A DNA stretch of 63,156 bases, counting the filler, from an uncultured Methanoregulaceae archaeon (lineage in GTDB: Archaea > Halobacteriota > Methanomicrobia > Methanomicrobiales > Methanospirillaceae), in the NCBI GenBank assembly GCA_964530035.1. It is 5 parts of 5 records of this genome, joined end to end, with 100 filler letters (N's around TTAATTAATTAA, not from the genome) between each part and the next. Parts side by side here need not be neighbours in the genome. Positions count along the whole stretch, not along the records: positions 38,647 to 51,132 come from CAZGXZ010000066.1; 4 more parts are not named here. One strand, given 5' to 3'. How positions within the stretch are numbered: the first letter of the stretch is position 1; each line of letters begins with the position of its first letter. The notes under the pieces were generated by a model. That model did not search any database, was not told the DNA's origin, and saw nothing but the letters and a program-made list of their open reading frames with translations. The translations under genes and the position numbers were made by a program. Positions 39,885-50,277 of the stretch are shown piece after piece.

Positions 39885-40922
39885 ATGGGTATACGGGACG
39901 CGATATGTCCGTTATGCGGCGGACCGGCAGAAGAAGGGGTGTGCAACCGGTGCCGGGCAGATACCGTTACCTGGTTTACCTGTGACCAGCGAATCGAGCC
40001 TGTCCGCTGCCCTTCGTGTGATGCGGTCAGAAAGGGCGGACGATGGGCAGATCCAGGGGTCCCCCTGCAGGTCCTCGAAGAGGACCTGGTACGGCAGGCG
40101 GTTCATTTCCACCCCGATGTACGGTCTCCTGTTGTCTCCCTGAATATCGGGCAGGTCAGTGAAAACCGTTCATTCGCGACCGTTTCCGTCAGGGGTTCCC
40201 TGTACGGCAACACGATGGAGGGTGAGTGCAGGGTCGAGGTCCTCTGGAGGAAGGAACAGTGCGACAGGTGCAACCGCCTGACCGGCAACTACTGGGAAGG
40301 GATTGTCCAGGTCAGGGCGGTCGACCGCCGGCCCAACATGACGGAAATCGACAGGGCGATGCAGATCGCAACCGAGATCGAAAACACCCTCCAGGAAGGG
40401 GGGGAACGACTGTCTTTTGTCTCGAAGATGAGCGAGTCGAAGGATGGCGCCGATATCACGGTCGGCTCCCAGCAGATAGGACAGCAGATTGCATCGGAGA
40501 TCGTCCGCCAGCTTGGTGGACGCCTCACCACGCACCCGAAGCTGTTCGGAGAGAAGGACGGCCGGAAGCTCTACCGGATAACCTACCTGGTCCGGCTTCC
40601 CCGCCTGTCCCGGGGCGACATCGTCTCCGCCCGGGGCCACCTGGCCGAGGTCCTCAGCCAGGACGGTCATGACCTCAGTGTTTTCGACATCGTGAGCGGG
40701 TCAATCAGAACCATCCGAGAAGAGGAGACAGGGGCGGTCGTCGGGAACTCCGCCGATGCCCTCACGGGGGAGGTAGTGTACCGGGACGGGGATGTCATCG
40801 GCATCCTCGACCCTGAAACAAGCAGGACGATTGAAGCCCGCGTCCGTCCCTGGCTGAAGGTAAAACCCGGAGGAAGGGTGAGGTACCTGGTCCACCAGGG
40901 ATCGGTTGTTCTGGTCGGATAA
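39885..40922 (+). CDS. nmd3: NMD3 family ribosome-associated protein
   Basis: Four CxxC pairs, YWEGIVQVR, HPKLFGEKDGRKLYRITYLVRL. Confidence 0.92.
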   Translation: MGIRDAICPLCGGPAEEGVCNRCRADTVTWFTCDQRIEPVRCPSCDAVRKGGRWADPGVPLQVLEEDLVRQAVHFHPDVRSPVVSLNIGQVSENRSFATVSVRGSLYGNTMEGECRVEVLWRKEQCDRCNRLTGNYWEGIVQVRAVDRRPNMTEIDRAMQIATEIENTLQEGGERLSFVSKMSESKDGADITVGSQQIGQQIASEIVRQLGGRLTTHPKLFGEKDGRKLYRITYLVRLPRLSRGDIVSARGHLAEVLSQDGHDLSVFDIVSGSIRTIREEETGAVVGNSADALTGEVVYRDGDVIGILDPETSRTIEARVRPWLKVKPGGRVRYLVHQGSVVLVG

Positions 40923-40923
40923 C

Positions 40924-41796
40924 ATGCGTGTCCGTGTCGTTGAAAGGTGCGAACTCCCCCGCATCGCCCGGGAACCGTGGGTGGACCCTGAGCGACGGTG
41001 CCATGTCCGGGGCGGACGTGCCTATGTCCCGGTCAGGGCCGGCTTTGCATCGGAGATGGAACTCGAAGAGCGGCAGCCGTACGAGTCCCGCGGATATTAC
41101 ATGGTCGGTGATATCGCCGTCGTGCACGGCAAACGTCCGGGTGACCACGAACTGGAAGCCATAATCAGGTGGAAAAAACCAAGAGGGGTCGTCTGGATTG
41201 GCCCGCCTGAAGGCGTTATGAGAGTCCCCCAGACCACGGTATTATACGGATCTGCGGGTGAAACCGTCCACAGGGAGAGCGGACTCCTGTACCACCTCGA
41301 CCCAGGGGAAGTGATGTTTGCAATGGGGAACCGGGAGGAAAAGGAGCGGGTCTCATCGCTTGTCTCCCCGGGTGAGCGGGTCGCGGATATGTGCGCAGGG
41401 ATTGGCTATTTCACCCTGCCCATGGCCCGGGCCGGGGCAGACGTGGAGGCCTCGGAGATCAACCCGGCTTCATTTCGTTTTCTCCTCCGGAACATCACCT
41501 CGAACCACCTCGGACCCCATGTGTCAGCCCGGTGCGGTGACTCAAGAAATCATCTAAAAGGCGTGTATGACAGGGTGGTTGTCGGGCACTTCGAAAGCCC
41601 TGCATTCATCCCCTCCCTCGCCGGCCACCTCGCTCCCGGCAGTACTGTTCACTGCCACACCCTTTCAGATTTCACGGGAAACCTTGAGGACTACTTTTCC
41701 ATGGCGGGGTACAGGGTAAGGACCACGAGGCACAGGGTTAAAAAGTTCCGCCCCCATGTCTGGCACGAAGTACATGACTGCGAGGTTATCGCATGA
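40924..41796 (+). CDS. Trm5/Taw2 (Met-10) family tRNA modification enzyme
   Basis: GETVHRESG, VMFAMGNREEK, DMCAGIGYFT, EINP, VKKF.P...H. Confidence 0.88.
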   Translation: MRVRVVERCELPRIAREPWVDPERRCHVRGGRAYVPVRAGFASEMELEERQPYESRGYYMVGDIAVVHGKRPGDHELEAIIRWKKPRGVVWIGPPEGVMRVPQTTVLYGSAGETVHRESGLLYHLDPGEVMFAMGNREEKERVSSLVSPGERVADMCAGIGYFTLPMARAGADVEASEINPASFRFLLRNITSNHLGPHVSARCGDSRNHLKGVYDRVVVGHFESPAFIPSLAGHLAPGSTVHCHTLSDFTGNLEDYFSMAGYRVRTTRHRVKKFRPHVWHEVHDCEVIA

Positions 41797-42968
41797 CCCT
41801 GACCCTTGAGGGTAAGGAGATCGTGCTCGCCGTGACCGGGAGCATCGCGGCAGTCGAGACCATCAGGCTTGCCCATGCCCTGCGGAGGAAGGGAGCATGT
41901 GTCCAGGGGGTAATGAGCGCGGCTGCCGCCGGGATACTCCACCCCGATGCGCTTACGTATGCAACGGGCCGGGAGACGATCACCCGCTGCAGCGGGCTCG
42001 TCGAGCATGTCGAGTGGTGCGGTGAGGACGGGCGGGCAGACCTCCTCCTCGTGGCACCCTGCACGGCCAACACGCTCGGCAAGATCTCATGCGGGATTGA
42101 CGACACCCCGGTGACGACCTTTGCCACAACAGCGCTCGGGAGCGGCATCCCCGTCATACTCGCTCCGGCAATGCACGGCTCGATGTACCGCCACCCGGCC
42201 ATGAACAGTCATATAACCCGGCTTGGATCATGGGGGGTGACGGTCATACCCCCGAGGGTGGAGGAGGGGAGGGCGAAAATTGCCGAGAACGAGGTCATTG
42301 TCCTGTACGTGGAGCGGGCCCTCATGGGCATGCCACTCAAGGGAAAATGGGTCCTCATGACCAGCGGGCCGTGCCGTGAACCCCTTGATGATGTCAGGGT
42401 GCTCACGACCCGCTCGTCAGGCATGATGGGGCGCGAGGTTGCCCTCCAGGCATTCAGGCTCGGGGCGAGGGTCAGCGTGGTCCATGAAGGGATTTTTCCG
42501 GTTGTAGAAAACGTCCCGGTGACAACCGCCGCCGAGATGATGCAGGCGGTCCTGGCGCTGTGCGAGGACTCGGCCCCGGATATGTACGTAAGTGCAGCCG
42601 CCATCTCGGACTTCGCCCCGGAGAAGATGCCGGGAAAGATCCCGTCGGGTAAACCTGTCGAAATCAGACTAGAGCCTCTTCCCAAGATTATCGACGCGGT
42701 CATGGAGCGGTGCCACCCGTTTACCATTGCATTCAAGCTGGGTGAGAACGCCGTTTCAGAGGCCGGTGATATCCTGGGCAGGGGGGCGTCCATGGTCTTT
42801 GCAAACCAGCACGGCATGCTGGGAGCGACGGCCGGAAAAGCGGTCATCATTGCCGGAACAGAACGTATCGAGGTTGAAGGGACAAAGGAGGAACTTGCAG
42901 GAGCACTATGGAGAGAAGCGGTTCGGCATTCTGCCCCGGGCACATTTCAGGGTACTTCCGCCCGGTAA
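41793..42968 (+). CDS. coaBC: Phosphopantothenoylcysteine decarboxylase/ligase
   Basis: VTGSIAA, APCTANTLGK, APAMH, TSGP.REPLDDVR..T.RSSG.MG, AAISDF. Confidence 0.95.
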   Translation: MTLTLEGKEIVLAVTGSIAAVETIRLAHALRRKGACVQGVMSAAAAGILHPDALTYATGRETITRCSGLVEHVEWCGEDGRADLLLVAPCTANTLGKISCGIDDTPVTTFATTALGSGIPVILAPAMHGSMYRHPAMNSHITRLGSWGVTVIPPRVEEGRAKIAENEVIVLYVERALMGMPLKGKWVLMTSGPCREPLDDVRVLTTRSSGMMGREVALQAFRLGARVSVVHEGIFPVVENVPVTTAAEMMQAVLALCEDSAPDMYVSAAAISDFAPEKMPGKIPSGKPVEIRLEPLPKIIDAVMERCHPFTIAFKLGENAVSEAGDILGRGASMVFANQHGMLGATAGKAVIIAGTERIEVEGTKEELAGALWREAVRHSAPGTFQGTSAR

Positions 42969-43774
42969 CCGGGAAGACCCCTGCTGAAACAGGGAGTCTC
43001 GGGGCGGGTATTGTCATTCATGAAGGTGTGGAGGCCTCTGTTTCAGCTGCGGATGAAACAACGGTCACCGTCCTCCAGCTCGGACCTGATGATGCGGTGC
43101 TCGCCCGCCTGGACTCATCACCGCCGGTAGCATGGCTGCTCGACCGGATGGGCGTGAAGGCCTCAGTCCTGACCAGGTGCCGCCTTCCCATATCAGCCGG
43201 TTTCGGGCTGTCCGCCGCAGCCCTGATCGCTACGGCACTGGCCGCCGGTTCACTCCTGCCAGACCCGCCGGGACTCATGGCCTGCGCCACCCTGGCCCAT
43301 GAGGCAGAGATCATTCATAAAACCGGCCTTGGGGATGTTGCGGCTGCAATTGGAGGCGGAAGGGACTGCAGGCTCTCCCCGGGTGTGGGCGGGAGGATAC
43401 GCCGGTGGCATGATGTCACCGAGCCAATATACGCGGTGACACTGAGTTCCCTTGATTCTCCATCGGTCCTGTCATCCCAGGACAGGCTTGATGCCGTCAT
43501 CAGTGCATGGCCCGGGAAGTGTCCCGATACGGTCCTTGAACTGTTCGCCCTCTCCCGGGCATTTGCGAGGGACAGCGGCCTGGTCCTCCCCGAAGTCGGG
43601 GAGGTACTCAGCGAATGCGACAGGGCCGGGGTCCCGGCAAGCATGACGATGTTAGGCAACGGGGTCTTTGCCTATGGACAGGGGGCGCGTGAGATCCTCC
43701 CTCAGTACGGGCAGGTGTATGAAATGCGGGCCGCCGGACACGGGCCAAGAATCCTGGACAGAGGCAGACCATGA
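42908..43774 (+). CDS. Pantoate kinase (GHMP family)
   Basis: AFCPGHISGYF, GSLGAG, PISAGFGLSAA, AHEAE...TGLGDV, MTMLGNGVF. Confidence 0.92.
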   Translation: MERSGSAFCPGHISGYFRPVTGKTPAETGSLGAGIVIHEGVEASVSAADETTVTVLQLGPDDAVLARLDSSPPVAWLLDRMGVKASVLTRCRLPISAGFGLSAAALIATALAAGSLLPDPPGLMACATLAHEAEIIHKTGLGDVAAAIGGGRDCRLSPGVGGRIRRWHDVTEPIYAVTLSSLDSPSVLSSQDRLDAVISAWPGKCPDTVLELFALSRAFARDSGLVLPEVGEVLSECDRAGVPASMTMLGNGVFAYGQGAREILPQYGQVYEMRAAGHGPRILDRGRP

Positions 43775-44502
43775 TACCTGCCGACCACCCCCGATATGCT
43801 TCACTTGTCGCCCGCGAAAAGATTTCCCGCTATGCGGGCGAAGGCATCGTCACCTTGGAGGGTCTTGCCGCTCACGGGAGAGGTGAGGCCTTTGATTACC
43901 TCCTCGGGGAAAAAACCACAGATAGCGCCCTCCTTGCCGAGGAGACGGCGGCGGCCATGCTCCTTGCCGCCAGGTCGCCGGTCATCTCCATCAACGGGAA
44001 CACGGCCGCACTCTGCGCAGACCTCGTCCGTGACCTCCAGGAAGCCTCGGGTGCGTCGGTGGAGGTCAACCTGTTCCACAGGACCGAGGAGAGAGTTGCA
44101 AGAATCAGTACTCTGTTGCGGGACAACGGCGTCGGAGTCCTGTCAGGAAAGGCCGAACGTCTCCTCCCCCTCTCCCATGACCGGGCGCTCTGTTTAAGGA
44201 ACGGCATTTACACCGCCGATGTCGTCCTGGTCCCCCTCGAGGACGGGGACCGTTGCAGTGCCCTGGTCTCGATGGGCAAAACGGTAATCGCCATCGACCT
44301 CAACCCCCTCTCAAGAACGGCACGGACCGCGACCCTGACCGTTGTCGACGAAGTGACCCGGGCCGTGCCGAATATTACCAGGTTCTGCAGGAGCCTGGAG
44401 CAAAACAGGGCTGACACCCTCATACGGTCCTGTAACAACACCGTTTTTCTAAGAGACGCACTCGATGAAATATCAGGGAGGCTTACCCATGCTCTGGATT
44501 GA
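43771..44502 (+). CDS. Phosphopantothenate synthetase (4-phosphopantoate--beta-alanine ligase)
   Basis: IPADHPRY.SL, AHGRGEAFDYLLGE, VPLEDGDR, IDLNPLSRT. Confidence 0.95.
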   Translation: MIPADHPRYASLVAREKISRYAGEGIVTLEGLAAHGRGEAFDYLLGEKTTDSALLAEETAAAMLLAARSPVISINGNTAALCADLVRDLQEASGASVEVNLFHRTEERVARISTLLRDNGVGVLSGKAERLLPLSHDRALCLRNGIYTADVVLVPLEDGDRCSALVSMGKTVIAIDLNPLSRTARTATLTVVDEVTRAVPNITRFCRSLEQNRADTLIRSCNNTVFLRDALDEISGRLTHALD

Positions 44503-45483
44503 AAAATACCGTCCGACCGGTTTTCAGGGTATCGTATACCAGGATTCCGCCATCACACGCCTCAAGGCATCGGCTGCTTCCGGGAACGTTCCCCACCTTA
44601 TCGTTTCCGGGCCGCACGGGACCGGCAAGTCAATCGCCATAGAAGGACTTGCAAGGGCTCTGTACGGTGAATACTGGGCGGAAAACACAACCATTATCGG
44701 GACCTCGGAAATCCTCCAGCGTGGCCGTTCGGGACTCGAACAGGACGAACGTTTTTCGCACCTGTACCGGAAAGATGAGTCCCTGCTCACGAACTTTAAG
44801 TATATTATCCGCTGGTACGCATCGCTCCAGCCATTCAACGCCCCGTTCAAGCTTTTTGTGTTCGAAGACGCCCATACCCTGACCCATGACGCCCAGGCCT
44901 CGCTCAGGAGAACAATGGAACGGTATTCAACTACCTGCAGGTTCATACTCGAAACGACGAGGCCTTCCGGGATCATCCCTGCAATCAGCTCACGGTGCCT
45001 CCCGATAACCTTCCCGTACCCCCGGAAGTGATACGACGTGTCCTCGACAGGATCATGGGAGCAGAGATGGTCTCCGGGGAGGCGGTCACCACGGATACCC
45101 TTGAACTGATCACCCTCCATGCGCAGGGCGACCTGCGACGGGCCATCGTCCTCCTGGAGGTAGCCGCCTGTTCGGGAGGGGCATTTGACCTCACCAGGTC
45201 CGTCCAGCCGGAAACAAACACCGTTGCTGCTTCAGCATTCAGGGCGATGCAGGAACGGGACATTGTTTCAGCCCAGCGCCGGCTCGAATCACTGATGCTT
45301 GAATACGGGCTTTCAGGGAGGGAAGTACTTCAGGAACTGCTCAAAGTGGCAAGGAGGGATTATTATCACCCGCGTATCGTGGCCCTCATCGGCAGGGCGG
45401 ACGCACGGGTGGTAAACGGAAACAACGAGTTCATCCAGATGAATGCACTTGCCGCAGAGATTGTCTCAGAGGTGTTTGTATAA
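44489..45483 (+). pseudogene. rfcS: Replication factor C small subunit paralogue with a -1 frameshift near 45010-45020 (pseudogene or sequence error)
   Basis: LWIEKYRP, GPHGTGKS, AQASLRRTME, ISSRC in the first frame; GDLRRAI and the collar domain in the second frame. Confidence 0.8.
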
Positions 45484-46208
45484 CCCCCTCGGTTCGAAAG
45501 GTCATCGACCATTACGATGAGATCGCCGATATCTATGATGACCGCTATGACAAGGACAAGGGAAAGGTCTACTACAACAGCCTTGCCGCCAAGGTGCTTT
45601 CGAATATCCCGAAAAAAGGGAGGATCCTCGATATCGGATGCGGTACCGGCCTGTTGCTCACAAGGTATGCCAGGACCGGCGGCCAGGCGGTTGGAATCGA
45701 TGTAAGTGGCGGGATGATCTCCAAGGCATGTGAAAAAGTCCCGGATGGGCATTTTCTTGTCGGTACCGGTGAATCGCTTCCCTTCGGGGACAGCTCCTTT
45801 GATGCCGTGACCAGCGTGCTTACGTTCAGCTATGTCAGCAACCCCGGGAAAATGCTCTCGGAGGTACTCAGGGTCCTGAAACCGGGTGGGCGCGTGGTCA
45901 TCTGCACGCTGTCGAGGACGATATTCACCTCAGGCCTGCCTGCGGTCTACCAGATCGGAGAACTCATGAGAATCAGGAAAATCGGGGTCGGGAACTTCAA
46001 CGAGAGGTACTACACGGCGGAAGAGATGATTGCGATTTTCAGGGATGCCGGCTTTACCGACATCTCGACGCGGAAATGCTCCTTTGCCCATGTGGGTATG
46101 ATTGATCCCCTGTTCACCCTTGCACGCAGGATTGAACCATTTGTCGAGGAGAAGATCCCGTACCTGGCATACAACATCTGCACGAGCGGCAGGCGGCCTT
46201 CTCCTTAA
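45480..46208 (+). CDS. Class I SAM-dependent methyltransferase (UbiE-like), probable non-canonical start
   Basis: ILDIGCGTG, LPFGDSSFD, RVLKPGG; frame open upstream of GTG 45594 through HYDEIADIYD. Confidence 0.88.
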   Translation: MTPSVRKVIDHYDEIADIYDDRYDKDKGKVYYNSLAAKVLSNIPKKGRILDIGCGTGLLLTRYARTGGQAVGIDVSGGMISKACEKVPDGHFLVGTGESLPFGDSSFDAVTSVLTFSYVSNPGKMLSEVLRVLKPGGRVVICTLSRTIFTSGLPAVYQIGELMRIRKIGVGNFNERYYTAEEMIAIFRDAGFTDISTRKCSFAHVGMIDPLFTLARRIEPFVEEKIPYLAYNICTSGRRPSP

Positions 46209-47539
46209 TCACCTTTTTTTGTCTTGAGCATCGAGATCATGGCCTCCTTCTTGCGTATCGCCGCCGCTGCCGCCCTGTCAACACCGCTCTTCATTTCCTC
46301 GAAGTCCCTCCTCGTCGTGTCCACGACCTTTTTCACGGGTGTATAGGCGGATTCCCGGAACCTGGGGGTAAAGTCCCTGGGCACCCCGTCAGCCCCGACG
46401 AGGACCGCCTCAGGTCTCCCGGCCTCCACATGACCGACCTGGTGTATCCTGACCCCTGCCGAACTGACGACGGCAGCCACGGCATCGGCCCGGGCAGGCG
46501 GCACCGCGATGAGCAGGGCGTCGAGTGAGACACCCAGGAAATCTATTTCAAGGGCGTCCAGCATTGCGAGGACCCGGTGGTCCACCAGGGTGCGAACCGC
46601 CGCTTCCTCGACGACAATCCGGCATGACGCGGTCTCGGCCATCTCATAGACATCTCCGCGGAGACCTCCGTTCGTTACATCCGTCATCACGTGGACCTCT
46701 GCAAGGACATCATCCGCGAGAAGGGCCTCGCAGGCCAGGAGGAACTGGATGTTGAGGGTACTTCCGACGACGTCCGGGAAGCCGGAGTACAGGGCGGCCG
46801 TGGCGATCGTCCCCCCGCCGGCACCTTCGGTCATCAGGAGGACATCTCCCGGCCTGAGATCCCTCCGGGCGGTGAGGTGGTGTGTCGTACCTACTGCCCC
46901 GACACACCCGGTCATCCGGCTGCCAAGGACCATGTCACCGCCGATCCGTAACGTGGACCCTGTGACCAGAGGCACTTTCATGACCTCTGAAACAGCGCAG
47001 ATACCGGCGGTATAGTCGAATATCTTGGCGACGTCCCCGTCATCGGCAACGTGGATGTCGGAAAAGAGGAGGATGGGTCTGGCTCCCATCACGTATGTAT
47101 CGCGGAGCGTCGCCCGGGTAACATGAAAACCGGCGAGAAAAGGAAAATCAGAGAGCCTTGAGTGCATGCCGTCGACCGTGCATACAATGTGCTGGTCTCC
47201 TGCACGGACCGCCCCGGCATCGTCCATCTCGTCGACCCCGACGGATGCACCGGTCTTCCCGATGATCCTGGCTATCTGGCGGTGTGCATAAAAATCACCC
47301 GTCCCCCGGGAACCGACACCGAATTCCCCCATGGAAACCCCGGCCCGGACCATTTCGTGTACCTGGCCCTCCGCCCGGGCAGTGTTGTTCACCTCGGCTA
47401 TAACCGCATCAGAGAAAGCACGCGCATATTCATGGGGGACATCCTTGATAGAAAGGATATGACGAACCAGCTGTTCCCGGATCTCCCCGCCTGTCATGCC
47501 CCGTGCAACCCGTCTCCGGGTGAACTCCTCAACATCCAT
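46205..47539 (-). CDS. AIR synthase-related (PurM/HypE fold) methanogen protein
   Basis: GEFGVGSRG.GDF, DGMHSRLSDFPFLAGFH, MTDVTNGGLRGD, FRESAYTPVKK. Confidence 0.88.
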   Translation of the reverse strand: MDVEEFTRRRVARGMTGGEIREQLVRHILSIKDVPHEYARAFSDAVIAEVNNTARAEGQVHEMVRAGVSMGEFGVGSRGTGDFYAHRQIARIIGKTGASVGVDEMDDAGAVRAGDQHIVCTVDGMHSRLSDFPFLAGFHVTRATLRDTYVMGARPILLFSDIHVADDGDVAKIFDYTAGICAVSEVMKVPLVTGSTLRIGGDMVLGSRMTGCVGAVGTTHHLTARRDLRPGDVLLMTEGAGGGTIATAALYSGFPDVVGSTLNIQFLLACEALLADDVLAEVHVMTDVTNGGLRGDVYEMAETASCRIVVEEAAVRTLVDHRVLAMLDALEIDFLGVSLDALLIAVPPARADAVAAVVSSAGVRIHQVGHVEAGRPEAVLVGADGVPRDFTPRFRESAYTPVKKVVDTTRRDFEEMKSGVDRAAAAAIRKKEAMISMLKTKKGD

Positions 47540-47595
47540 GTTTCACCTGTATGCTCCCTGGGGAAAAAAAGAACGCGTGCCGTTTCCAAAGCGGA

Positions 47596-48102
47596 TTACT
47601 GGACCAGGTGTTCAACGGCCGGGATGACTCCCTCGTCATACCAGCTCGTCCCCTGACCGTCCGGGAAGGTCATGGTTGTGATACGGGGTGAGAAATCGGG
47701 GCTCACGAGCGGGGCAAACCAGTACTGGTGCAGGACCTGCTCTGCAGAGCGGAAATCCATCGACGGAGTGTGGTAGAGGGTTCCTCCCTGGACGGCAGTG
47801 ACCGATGCAAACCCCGGGACGGTAAGGGACATGGCATCAGGCCGGACTTCATGGACCGTCACGGGCCGGTGGAACTGTCCCTCCATGACCGATGCCATCT
47901 CCCTGGCAGGGTCGGCAATGTTAAACAGCACCCCGGCCCTCTCAAGCCATGTCAGGGTGTATCCGAAGGTGATATCCGCGTCCCCTGATGGTTGAATGGA
48001 GATTGCCAGCACGTCGGCTGAAAAAGCAGGGACCTCGGCAACACATGCGCACAACCCCAGGACAACCAGGATGAGCATGAACAAGCGCCTGTTCAGGGCC
48101 AT
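47596..48102 (-). CDS. Hypothetical exported protein
   Basis: Signal peptide; PDFSP...TFPDG tail. Confidence 0.7.
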   Translation of the reverse strand: MALNRRLFMLILVVLGLCACVAEVPAFSADVLAISIQPSGDADITFGYTLTWLERAGVLFNIADPAREMASVMEGQFHRPVTVHEVRPDAMSLTVPGFASVTAVQGGTLYHTPSMDFRSAEQVLHQYWFAPLVSPDFSPRITTMTFPDGQGTSWYDEGVIPAVEHLVQ

Positions 48103-48196
48103 TGTACGGGAATAATGGCATGGGCTCCTTAAAAATATTCGTCTTGGGACAGGTACTGGTTATTTCCCTGCCGGTCACCCACCCTTTCGTTAGTCC

Positions 48197-48496
48197 ATGC
48201 TCCCAGGAGAGGAACTGCACCATATCACCGGGAGTGCAGGCCGAAAACTTGCGCTTGTCGCGGCGGTCTCCGCATGGCTTTTTCTCGTGGCATACCTCAT
48301 GGTCCTCGGGAGGACCCTCAGCCTGGAAATTTTCTTTGTCCTGTGGCTTATCGGACTTTTGATTGCGCTTGAACTGTCTGCCGGGAGGTACGGCAACCCA
48401 CCCTGGCTGACCCGCATGAAGTATATAGGGTTCATCGGGGTCGCCATTTTTGGAATCATTGTCACCTTGAAAGTAGTGGAGATCCTGAACCGATGA
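48197..48496 (+). CDS. Small membrane protein (3 TM)
   Basis: LEIFFVLWLIGLLI; ATGA overlap with next gene. Confidence 0.75.
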   Translation: MLPGEELHHITGSAGRKLALVAAVSAWLFLVAYLMVLGRTLSLEIFFVLWLIGLLIALELSAGRYGNPPWLTRMKYIGFIGVAIFGIIVTLKVVEILNR

Positions 48497-50277
48497 CAAG
48501 TAGGGTGAATATCGTCCTTGCAGGATTTGCAGGCATCACTGCACTTTTACTCCTGGTCGCCATTGCCGGACAGCCGGTCCTCTACCTGCCACCAGGCATT
48601 TCATCAACACCATTTCACACGGATCCCGGGACCCGGGTAACCCTGCCTGTCTCCACGGATGATGACATGCGGGGTCTCATGGGCGATATCATGAATACCA
48701 CCGGGGCGGTTACGGTATCAGTGAAGGCCAGGGACCTTGAGACTGCCACGCGGGACCTTGAAAAGCTGGAGGAGGTCACCCGTCAGTTCGAATCCGTCGT
48801 GGTGAAACTGGACCTGTCTGAAAGCGACCTTGGGTCCTTCCAGCAGCTCAACCGGGAAAATATCAGGACTCTGGCAGGGATTATCAACGATACCAGCCGT
48901 TTTGAACAATTGAAAAAACTGGAAGTGACCTATCGCGATTCTGAAGACCCCGCCATCATGACAACACTGTCCTATGAAGGGACGTCGATTTCTTCCAGGA
49001 TACAGAATGCTTACGAACAGTACAAAGGACGCGAACCCGATATTGACCGGATAGGAGATGACATAGGTGTCCCGACGAGCCCGTACCGTGAAGGGACAGG
49101 CAACCTGCGGGAGCTTGCACAGGAAACGGATGGAATATCCCAGGGATGGCAGGGGGAGCACGCCCATCTTTCCGGGACTGGTTCCTCGTCCAAGGTGAAA
49201 AGTTCCACAGGCTTTGTTCTGTCTGTGACGCCTCATTCAGCGGGTTACGGTGACGCCTTCCTTTTCCAGGGCAGCATCCGTGGAGGGGTAATCACTGACA
49301 AGGAGATCATCATAGCCCTCGACGGTACACAGGTGTTGTCGGCACGCACCGATGGTTCCGGCGTTTTTTCTTCTCCTTTCAGGGTTGAACGGATATCTTC
49401 AGGGAATCATACCGCCTATGCACAGGAGGCTTCCAGTTATTCACCCATGGTAACCCTGACCGTCACAGGAAACCCAAGCAGGCTCACCCTGTCATGTGAA
49501 CGACAGGGCGAATCGGGAATTGCCTGCAGGGGAAACCTTGTCAGCGGTTCAACTCCGGTCACTTCAGCACCCGTGACCATCCTTGCAGACAGCGTGCCGG
49601 TTATAACGGCAGTGACGGGAAATAACGGTGGATACGAGGTGTTTACAGAACTTGCACCAGGTACCCATTCGTTGGCCGCCACCTTCGATGCTTCAGGCTT
49701 TCCCCTCAGCCCGGCGACCAGTTCCCCGGTTTTGATCACTATCCCGGGAGCTGCTGCCACTGATACAGGTGATAGCCCTGAGCAGCCGTCGTACGTGGTC
49801 CAGGCCGCCATATTCCTGGTTATTTTTGCCGTCGCAATCCTTGTTTTGCTCCACCTGGGAAAACGCAGGCCAGGACACCGCGAAAGGGCTATGGGCAGTG
49901 AAGGTGTTCCTGTCCATCAGGTCACAGTCTCGCAAGGGACCTCGTCGCCTCCACGAGAGGGAGAACAGGACACCGGGCAGCTGGTATCAGAATTTCTCTC
50001 CTCAGCCCCCGACCATGTCGGGACGACCGCACACAAACTATTCAGGAGCCTACGGGAACGGGCAGGAAATGCAGAAACACCCTTACCGAGGGGAATAACC
50101 GCCAGGGAGCTTGCAGAATCCTTCAGGGACTCACGGGCAGGGCCGTTCATACGTGAATTTGTCAAAATGTACGAACGAGTTCGGTATGCCGGCAGAATCC
50201 CGGCCGAGGGAGAGCGAAAAGAGATGGCAGGGGCATTTTCAGAAACGATTCGTCTGTTCGACAGAGGCCTGCGATGA
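48493..50277 (+). CDS. Membrane protein with Ig-like segments and DUF4129-like C-terminus
   Basis: N-terminal TM, TDGSGVF beta repeats, second TM, TARE...YERVRYAG. Confidence 0.75.
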   Translation: MTSRVNIVLAGFAGITALLLLVAIAGQPVLYLPPGISSTPFHTDPGTRVTLPVSTDDDMRGLMGDIMNTTGAVTVSVKARDLETATRDLEKLEEVTRQFESVVVKLDLSESDLGSFQQLNRENIRTLAGIINDTSRFEQLKKLEVTYRDSEDPAIMTTLSYEGTSISSRIQNAYEQYKGREPDIDRIGDDIGVPTSPYREGTGNLRELAQETDGISQGWQGEHAHLSGTGSSSKVKSSTGFVLSVTPHSAGYGDAFLFQGSIRGGVITDKEIIIALDGTQVLSARTDGSGVFSSPFRVERISSGNHTAYAQEASSYSPMVTLTVTGNPSRLTLSCERQGESGIACRGNLVSGSTPVTSAPVTILADSVPVITAVTGNNGGYEVFTELAPGTHSLAATFDASGFPLSPATSSPVLITIPGAAATDTGDSPEQPSYVVQAAIFLVIFAVAILVLLHLGKRRPGHRERAMGSEGVPVHQVTVSQGTSSPPREGEQDTGQLVSEFLSSAPDHVGTTAHKLFRSLRERAGNAETPLPRGITARELAESFRDSRAGPFIREFVKMYERVRYAGRIPAEGERKEMAGAFSETIRLFDRGLR

